The translations under genes and the position numbers were made by a program. Shown here piece by piece: positions 57,959 to 64,000 of a stretch of 64,000 bases of DNA. The notes under the pieces were generated by a model. The model had not been told where the DNA came from. It worked only from the letters and a program-made list of their open reading frames with translations, and made no database searches. The stretch lies in contig CACJPA010000001.1 in assembly GCA_902595105.1 (NCBI GenBank), positions 13,719-77,718 on the forward strand. Reading direction: 5' to 3'. The stretch is from an uncultured Pelagibacteraceae bacterium (GTDB lineage: Bacteria > Pseudomonadota > Alphaproteobacteria > Pelagibacterales > Pelagibacteraceae). Position 1 is the stretch's first letter. The number at the start of each line of letters is the position of its first letter.

Positions 57959-58666
57959 TTACCCTCCTAAAAAAGAGCTTCTTACTCTTGGATCGTCTAA
58001 TAATTCTTTTCCAGTTCCTGAATAACGATTTTCTCCAGTAACCAGAACGTAGCCCCTATCTGAAATGCTTAATGCTTGTTTTGCATTTTGCTCTACCATT
58101 AAGATTGCAACGTTTGTTCTTTTTACTTTTACAATGTGATCAAATAATTCGTCCATCACAATTGGTGATACACCAGCAGTTGGCTCGTCTAACATTAAAA
58201 CTGTAGGTCTAATCATTAAAGCTCGACCAAGAGCAACTTGTTGTCTTTGACCACCCGAAAGTTCACCAACCATTTGATTTCTTTTTTCTCTTAAAATTGG
58301 AAACAGTTCATAAATTTCCTCAATTATATTTTTGATTTCATCCTCAACAAGAAATGCACCCATTTCTAAATTTTCTTCAACAGTCATACCTGCAAAAACA
58401 TTTTTAGTCTGAGGCACAAAAGAAATACCTTGTTTAACTCTGTCTTGAGGAGATAATTTTGAAATATCCTTGCCATCAATTTTTACTGATCCTGATTTTA
58501 AATTGAGCAAACCTAACATTGCTTTCATAGCAGTTGATTTGCCAGCACCATTGGGACCTAGAATAGAAACTATTTCACCCTTATTTACACTTACTGAACA
58601 AGAGCTGATGATATCAGGACCATTACCATAACCACCTGTCATTTCTATTCCTTCAAAAAATGCCAT
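57959..58666 (-). CDS. livF: Branched-chain amino acid ABC ATPase
   Basis: GPNGAGKST, LSGGQRQ, DEPT, VEQN. Confidence 0.92.
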   Translation of the reverse strand: MAFFEGIEMTGGYGNGPDIISSCSVSVNKGEIVSILGPNGAGKSTAMKAMLGLLNLKSGSVKIDGKDISKLSPQDRVKQGISFVPQTKNVFAGMTVEENLEMGAFLVEDEIKNIIEEIYELFPILREKRNQMVGELSGGQRQQVALGRALMIRPTVLMLDEPTAGVSPIVMDELFDHIVKVKRTNVAILMVEQNAKQALSISDRGYVLVTGENRYSGTGKELLDDPRVRSSFLGG

Positions 58667-59454
58667 TAATTTGTATCCTTTAATTTTGATCCTCTGCCTA
58701 GATAACTTTCAATAACCTTTTCATCTCTTTTAGCGTCTTCAACACTTCCTTCAAATAATACTGATCCCTCGGCCATTACAATAACTGGATCACACAATCT
58801 TCCAATAAAATCCATATCATGTTCAATCATACAAAAAGTATAACCTTTTTCTTTATTTAGCTTTTCTATTGCAGTTCCAAGATCTTTTAACAAAGTTCTA
58901 TTTACACCAGCCCCTACCTCATCTAATAGTACTAATTTTGCGTCAACCATCATAGTTCTTCCAAGTTCTAATAATTTCTTTTGACCACCAGAAAGATTTC
59001 CAGCAAGCTCGTTGGATAGATGTCCTAGATTTAAAAATTCAACAACTTCTTTTGCTTTTTCTTTAACGACAGCTTCTTCTTTCGCAACTAAACCTGGTTT
59101 AAATAATGCAGTCATTATTTTTTCCCCAGATTGATTTCCAGGCACCATCATTAAATTTTCTAAAACAGATAAATTTGAAAACTCATGTGCAATTTGAAAT
59201 GTTCTTAACAAACCTTTAGAAAATAATTCATAAGATGGAACATCAGTAATATTTTCCTCATCAAAAGTTACACTTCCACCTGATGATTTTAAATTTCCAG
59301 CGATTAAATTAAATAAAGTTGTTTTACCAGATCCATTAGGTCCAATGATTCCTGTAATTGTTCCTCTTTTCACTTTAATTGAACAATCTGAAACAGCAGC
59401 TAATCCACCAAAATATTTACTTAAATTATTTATCTCTAAAATATTTTCAGACAT
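58666..59454 (-). CDS. livG: Branched-chain amino acid ABC ATPase
   Basis: FGGL.AV, GPNGSGKTT, RTFQ, IEHDM. Confidence 0.92.
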   Translation of the reverse strand: MSENILEINNLSKYFGGLAAVSDCSIKVKRGTITGIIGPNGSGKTTLFNLIAGNLKSSGGSVTFDEENITDVPSYELFSKGLLRTFQIAHEFSNLSVLENLMMVPGNQSGEKIMTALFKPGLVAKEEAVVKEKAKEVVEFLNLGHLSNELAGNLSGGQKKLLELGRTMMVDAKLVLLDEVGAGVNRTLLKDLGTAIEKLNKEKGYTFCMIEHDMDFIGRLCDPVIVMAEGSVLFEGSVEDAKRDEKVIESYLGRGSKLKDTN

Positions 59455-59459
59455 TAGAT

Positions 59460-60227
59460 TTATTTATTTAATCTTCGATGAATACTATTTAACGTTTTTT
59501 CTAAAGATTTATAAAATCCAGCTTTAGTCAATTCTTTTACACCTTGTTCATTTAATCCTTTAGGTGTTTGAGATTCTTTAACTAAATTTTTTAAATTTTC
59601 TTTTGAATTTTCTACAGCATCTTGAGACAAAGCCAAAAACAAAGATGTGATATATTTTTGAGCATTATTTCTTTTAACTCCTCTTTTAACCAACCAATCA
59701 GTCATCACTCTCAATACTTCATAAAAAGGTGCCATCATTCCTGAAGTTGACCAAAAATTAATAGAAGATTTTTCATTTTTAATTTCTACTGTTGTTCCTA
59801 AATTATTGAAAAATGCTTTTACTTTGGGATTAGGAGGACAAATGGGTACAGGACCTTTTTTTAATGAAATTGGAGGTAAAGGTATTGCCCTTACAATTTT
59901 TGCTTTTACTTTAATTGCTTTTTTTAATTGTGACAAAGTTATAGTCGAGATAAAGCTAACAATGGTTTGTTTAGATTTAAATTTTAAATCTTTTATAATT
60001 TTTCCACCAACAGTTGGCGTCACAGATAAAAATACCCAATGAGACTGATCCACAATTTGTTGATTATCTTTAGCAATAAATATTTTTTTAAACTTTCTTT
60101 TTAAACCTTGTGCTATTTTTTTATTTCTTGGTGAAATAATTATTTTTTTATATGAAATATTTGATTTACATATTCCAGTAATTACTGAAGATGCAATTTT
60201 TCCTGTCCCGATAAAACCTAAAATCAT
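59460..60227 (-). CDS. proC: Pyrroline-5-carboxylate reductase family protein
   Basis: GFIGTGKIA, RAIPLP, TPKGLNEQG. Confidence 0.7.
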   Translation of the reverse strand: MILGFIGTGKIASSVITGICKSNISYKKIIISPRNKKIAQGLKRKFKKIFIAKDNQQIVDQSHWVFLSVTPTVGGKIIKDLKFKSKQTIVSFISTITLSQLKKAIKVKAKIVRAIPLPPISLKKGPVPICPPNPKVKAFFNNLGTTVEIKNEKSSINFWSTSGMMAPFYEVLRVMTDWLVKRGVKRNNAQKYITSLFLALSQDAVENSKENLKNLVKESQTPKGLNEQGVKELTKAGFYKSLEKTLNSIHRRLNK

Positions 60228-60259
60228 AATTTCGGTTACTTTATATTGATTATATTGAA

Positions 60260-61171
60260 TTAATTAACAAAAAAAGAACCTCTAATTCTGAGCAATTCTC
60301 TGCTTAATTCCTTATTTTCTTTGAACGGCTTTCTACCATGTAGCCAGAAATAATTATTTGCAATGACAGAGTATCCAACAGGCAATTTTGTTATTATTTT
60401 ATTTTTACTCTCCTCTAGTCCATCAGATAATCTTTGTAAAAAATTTCCTTGTTCCATATTTTGAGGTTCAGGAAATTGATCTATATAAGATATTGTTGGT
60501 CTACCTTCATTATCAGCAGAAAAAACAGGGTGTTCAACTTTATAATCAATATTTTTACTTTTTGGTGATCCCCAAACAAAATTCTGCTTTCCTACTGGAT
60601 CGTTAAACAAGTCCTCACAATGTTCCCAATCATCAAGGTGTAACATTGCAGTTTCACCACCTTCAACATTTTGTTCATCAATTTTTGTCATTATTAACCA
60701 ATCTGTAATATCCTTCACATAAGTTCCATCTGTATGAAGATCCATATTTCTATAAGCCTTTCTTAAATATGAGTCGCTTGTATCCTCGTGTTTTACATGA
60801 AAACGAGCATAATATTTTCCTGCCATTGCATCATGATTTGGTACGCCAATAAGATGAGCTATTGCAGTTGATAACTTAACTAAAAAAGTATCATTTATTT
60901 TTGCAGATATATTTTTTGGTCCTATTATAAAACAACCGGTCGATCTATCTCTAATGATTGAATTCATTAATTCACTTAATTTATTATTTGTTAAATCGTC
61001 TAAACTTTTTGCTAAAGTAAATCTTGTAAATGGTTTTAGCTCTAATGCTGTTAAATCAAATTTGTTAAAAGGAAAAATTAATTTATCTATAATGTCATTT
61101 TCTAAACTAATCTTTACAATTCTATTCGATTGGTCGTGCTCTTGAATATCTATACCAGTAATTTTTTGCAT
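60260..61171 (-). CDS. glaH: Glutarate 2-hydroxylase (CsiD), Fe(II)/2OG
   Basis: ALELKPF.RF, YYARF.VK..D.SDSYLR, LHTDGTYV, LHLDDWE, NNYFWLHGR, RELLRIRG. Confidence 0.92.
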   Translation of the reverse strand: MQKITGIDIQEHDQSNRIVKISLENDIIDKLIFPFNKFDLTALELKPFTRFTLAKSLDDLTNNKLSELMNSIIRDRSTGCFIIGPKNISAKINDTFLVKLSTAIAHLIGVPNHDAMAGKYYARFHVKHEDTSDSYLRKAYRNMDLHTDGTYVKDITDWLIMTKIDEQNVEGGETAMLHLDDWEHCEDLFNDPVGKQNFVWGSPKSKNIDYKVEHPVFSADNEGRPTISYIDQFPEPQNMEQGNFLQRLSDGLEESKNKIITKLPVGYSVIANNYFWLHGRKPFKENKELSRELLRIRGSFFVN

Positions 61172-61210
61172 TCTAAATTTTATTTTACCTCATTTTATAA
61201 ATCAATCTAA

Positions 61211-61534
61211 TCAGATATAATTATTAAGTATTGCCATACAAATAGCTGAGAAAATTGTAGGATAAACAAAGTTTTTCTTTGAAATAAAAAAAACTACTAA
61301 AGATAACAATACAACAAGAAATCTACTTGAATAACTAGCATCTACCAAAACACCAGCAGGAAAAATTATAGTTCTAGCTATTAGTGCTGCTAATGTTGCA
61401 TAAGCTAAACAATTAAACCACTTAAAAAGTTTAGAGGTTTCTTTTATACCTTCAGATGTAAGAGCTCCCAAAAATCTAGACAGAAATGTTGCTAGGGACG
61501 TAACAAGGATTGCGTAAACAATGTTAGCTGACAC
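61211..61534 (-). CDS. azlD: AzlD-family membrane protein
   Basis: 107 aa hydrophobic, T.L.R motif, overlaps azlC. Confidence 0.75.
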   Translation of the reverse strand: MSANIVYAILVTSLATFLSRFLGALTSEGIKETSKLFKWFNCLAYATLAALIARTIIFPAGVLVDASYSSRFLVVLLSLVVFFISKKNFVYPTIFSAICMAILNNYI

Positions 61535-62228
61535 TGTGCTCTCCTACTAGATAGGCTATGGTTCCACCAATTACGCCTGCTAACAAAATTGACCACTCTG
61601 GTGAAAATAAATAAATAATTGGTCCCAATATAGTTCCAAGCAAAACTGATAGAGTTACCGGTATAGTCTTAGATGCCCCAACCATCATGCATAAAAAATA
61701 AACTGGATTAAGAATTGCTAATCCTATCATCATATCTTTATTCAAATACTCTGAAAAAGAGAAACCTATAAATGTTCCAATAACCGATACACTTACAGTT
61801 GCACTTCCAATACCAATCCAATAATCAATTCTGTACTCTTTTGGAATTTTTTTGTAATTACTTTTCATGATTAGCCAAGCAGAAACAGCAATGAAATGAC
61901 AAGAAAAGTAATACTTCCACTTAGGTTGACTTTTGTGCATCATTAACGGGAATAAGGATACAGCCATAGGGTAAAGTCTTGCGTTAACAAACCAAACCGC
62001 CAAAAAAATATTTAACAAAGATGCTCCAATTAACATGGACTCAGCCATTATTAATGAGCCTGGTAAAGCATAAGTTAAAACAGTTGAAAAAATGCTTTCC
62101 TGAATATTAAAACCTAAATTTTTAAATAGAGCTCCAATAGCTATAAAACAACAAGTGAGAGCAATTGCAGGACTGTCGTGCGTAAATATAGATCTATATC
62201 CTTTGAGGAAAAAATTTTTATTGATCAT
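61524..62228 (-). CDS. azlC: AzlC-family branched-chain amino acid permease
   Basis: YALPGS, VNARLYPM, multi-TM. Confidence 0.8.
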   Translation of the reverse strand: MINKNFFLKGYRSIFTHDSPAIALTCCFIAIGALFKNLGFNIQESIFSTVLTYALPGSLIMAESMLIGASLLNIFLAVWFVNARLYPMAVSLFPLMMHKSQPKWKYYFSCHFIAVSAWLIMKSNYKKIPKEYRIDYWIGIGSATVSVSVIGTFIGFSFSEYLNKDMMIGLAILNPVYFLCMMVGASKTIPVTLSVLLGTILGPIIYLFSPEWSILLAGVIGGTIAYLVGEHSVS

Positions 62229-63013
62229 TATCCACCTAGGAACAGTCTACCAACATCAGGGTTTTGAAGTAAATCGTCTCCTTTACCTGCTATTGCAGTC
62301 TGCCCTGATACTAAAACGTATCCTATATCTGCAAACTCCAATCCTTTTTTGGCATTTTGCTCAACTAGAATGATTGTTTTTTTTTCATTTTGTTGAAGAT
62401 CTCCTAAAATTTCAAAAACCATATCTATATATCTTGGTTCCAAACCAATTGAAGGCTCATCAACAAGTAATACTGATGGTTTCATCACTAAAGCTCTTGA
62501 TATTTCTAATAATCTTCTTTCTCCACCAGATAATACTTTTGCGGGTTGGCTTCTTCTATTTCTTAGCCTTTCATATTTTTCTAATATTCTCTCTGCTTCC
62601 TCAAAAGACTCCTCTGTTTTATCTTTTATGTAACCACCCATCAGTAAGTTTTCCTCTACTGTCATATCTGGAAAGACAGAGTTGTCTTGTAAAATATATG
62701 CAATTCCAACTGACTTTAATTTTTCAGCTGGTGTTAGATTTGTAATTTCTTTACCATCTATTTCTATTTGACCTGAAAAAATATTTGTAAACCCATATAT
62801 CGAATGGAGTATTGTAGATTTACCTGCTCCATTCGGTCCAATCAAACATAATGATTGAGCCTTATTTACAAACAAGTCAAAATTATGCAGAATTTCCATT
62901 TTTCCATATCCAGCATTTAAATTTTTAATTGTTAAATGTATTTCATCTGGAGAAAGCTTTTTTAAATCTTCTGGTGTTGGCGCTTTACCTAAAACTTCAT
63001 ATTGATTTGACAT
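62228..63013 (-). CDS. livF: Second Liv-type ABC ATPase (LivF)
   Basis: GPNGAGKST, LSGGERR, DEPS.GL, VEQN. Confidence 0.9.
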   Translation of the reverse strand: MSNQYEVLGKAPTPEDLKKLSPDEIHLTIKNLNAGYGKMEILHNFDLFVNKAQSLCLIGPNGAGKSTILHSIYGFTNIFSGQIEIDGKEITNLTPAEKLKSVGIAYILQDNSVFPDMTVEENLLMGGYIKDKTEESFEEAERILEKYERLRNRRSQPAKVLSGGERRLLEISRALVMKPSVLLVDEPSIGLEPRYIDMVFEILGDLQQNEKKTIILVEQNAKKGLEFADIGYVLVSGQTAIAGKGDDLLQNPDVGRLFLGG

Positions 63014-63753
63014 TATTGCGCTCCTAAATATGCGTCGACAACTCGCTTATCGTTTTTAATTTCATCTGGTGATCCGTTTGCCAACATCTTACCATGAGCT
63101 AGACAAAAAATATTTTCTGCTAATTGCATTATTACTCTCATGTTGTGTTCAATGACTAATAAAGTAATTCCAAAATCTTGGTTTACTTTAATTAATCTAT
63201 CTATAATTCCATTAATTAAGGTTGGATTAATTCCAGCTGTAGGCTCATCTAACAGTAGCATCTCTGGTTCATTCATCAATGCCATTGCCAGTTCTAATAA
63301 TTTTTGCTGACCAAAAGATAAATCTCCTGCTCTAAGTTTTCTCTTTTGATATAATCCAACAAAATTCAATAAATTTTCTGCTTTTTCTGTTAATTCATGG
63401 GGTATTTTTGAAAATAATTTAAACATACTTTCATCACTTCCTTTGTGACTGATAAGCATGTTGTCTATACAATTTAATTTTCCATAAATTCTTGTTTGTT
63501 GAAATGTTCTTAATAAACCTAATTTTGCAATAACCGGAACTGGCAATTCAGAAACTTCTTTTCCATTAAACTTAATTGAGCCTTGGTCAATTGGATAAGT
63601 TCCAACAATTGAATTGAATAATGTTGTTTTTCCAGAGCCATTTGGACCAATAAGACCAACAATTTTTCCTTTCTCAACTGACATAGAAATATCAACATTA
63701 GCTTTTACTCCTCCAAAAGATTTGCTGACATTATTTACTTCAAGAATACTCAT
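63013..63753 (-). CDS. livG: Second Liv-type ABC ATPase (LivG)
   Basis: GPNGSGKTT, RTFQ, LSFGQQK, IEHNM, AYLG. Confidence 0.9.
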   Translation of the reverse strand: MSILEVNNVSKSFGGVKANVDISMSVEKGKIVGLIGPNGSGKTTLFNSIVGTYPIDQGSIKFNGKEVSELPVPVIAKLGLLRTFQQTRIYGKLNCIDNMLISHKGSDESMFKLFSKIPHELTEKAENLLNFVGLYQKRKLRAGDLSFGQQKLLELAMALMNEPEMLLLDEPTAGINPTLINGIIDRLIKVNQDFGITLLVIEHNMRVIMQLAENIFCLAHGKMLANGSPDEIKNDKRVVDAYLGAQ

Positions 63754-64000
63754 TTTATCTCTACCTGCGCCTTTCGGTCTGCTTCATCTACAACTTCACC
63801 AAATCTCTCAGGATATTTTTCTCTTAACCATCCCATAATTCCCTCTGGAAAATAAATAACAATTACTACAATTAAAACTCCAAGAGCTACATACTGCCAT
63901 CCTAAGAAGAAAGTCCAAAAACCCTCTTTAAATATATGAAATACTGTTGCACCAATAACTGGTCCCCATAAAGTTCCTTTGCCACCTAATATTGCCATTA
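63750..64000 (-). CDS. livM: Second Liv-type permease (LivM), 3' part; starts beyond the window
   Basis: ILGGKGTLWGPVIGA, PEGIMG. Confidence 0.85.
   Translation of the reverse strand, partial: MAILGGKGTLWGPVIGATVFHIFKEGFWTFFLGWQYVALGVLIVVIVIYFPEGIMGWLREKYPERFGEVVDEADRKAQVEIK

Noticed and set aside
1004-63838. Short antisense or alternate-frame ORFs in the track (e.g. 1004-1195, 8222-8476, 12624-12959, 19048-19371, 27478-27729, 62374-62745)
   Set aside because: They lie inside well-supported genes, have no recognisable motifs and look like shadow ORFs
1-64000. CRISPR arrays, tandem repeats, rRNA/tRNA genes, defence systems
   Set aside because: No repeat-spacer periodicity or structured RNA gene seen; intergenic gaps are nearly all under about 130 nt

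Overview
AT-rich, very gene-dense bacterial DNA with minimal intergenic space and many overlapping stop/start codons; gene content and style fit a streamlined marine alphaproteobacterium, most likely Pelagibacterales (SAR11) (inference). About 60 protein genes; I see no rRNA, tRNA, CRISPR, integrase/transposase, and no transcription-factor gene. Left part (1-24.8 kb): zapE, BamB/YfgM-like, acnA, csaA, argE, agmatinase + aldehyde dehydrogenase, beta-oxidation pair, a Pot-type ABC transporter co-oriented with EutA/EutD(DoeA)-like genes. Middle part (about 24.8-53 kb): an accessory-looking catabolic block for quaternary amines and organophosphorus. It contains a Ugp transporter with two UgpE copies plus GDPD and a 2H phosphodiesterase; a gamma-butyrobetaine hydroxylase-like enzyme, ProXWV and the carnitine-to-glycine-betaine pathway; a coupled thioesterase-TauD-PhnZ-like-BetA operon; an atypical ureohydrolase; a C-terminally short GlpD; and a luciferase-like monooxygenase / Xsc-like ThDP enzyme / trigonelline-pathway-like operon behind a structured leader. 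Right part: two Liv-type ABC systems, MFS, proC, glaH (csiD), azlCD. Best candidates for new biology: the TauD + PhnZ-like oxygenase pair embedded in betaine catabolism, the tgn-like operon with a ThDP enzyme and its candidate cis-regulatory RNA, the ureohydrolase with a rewired active site, and an unannotated 23-aa membrane peptide at 55503-55574. All family assignments are from motif recognition by eye; no searches were run.
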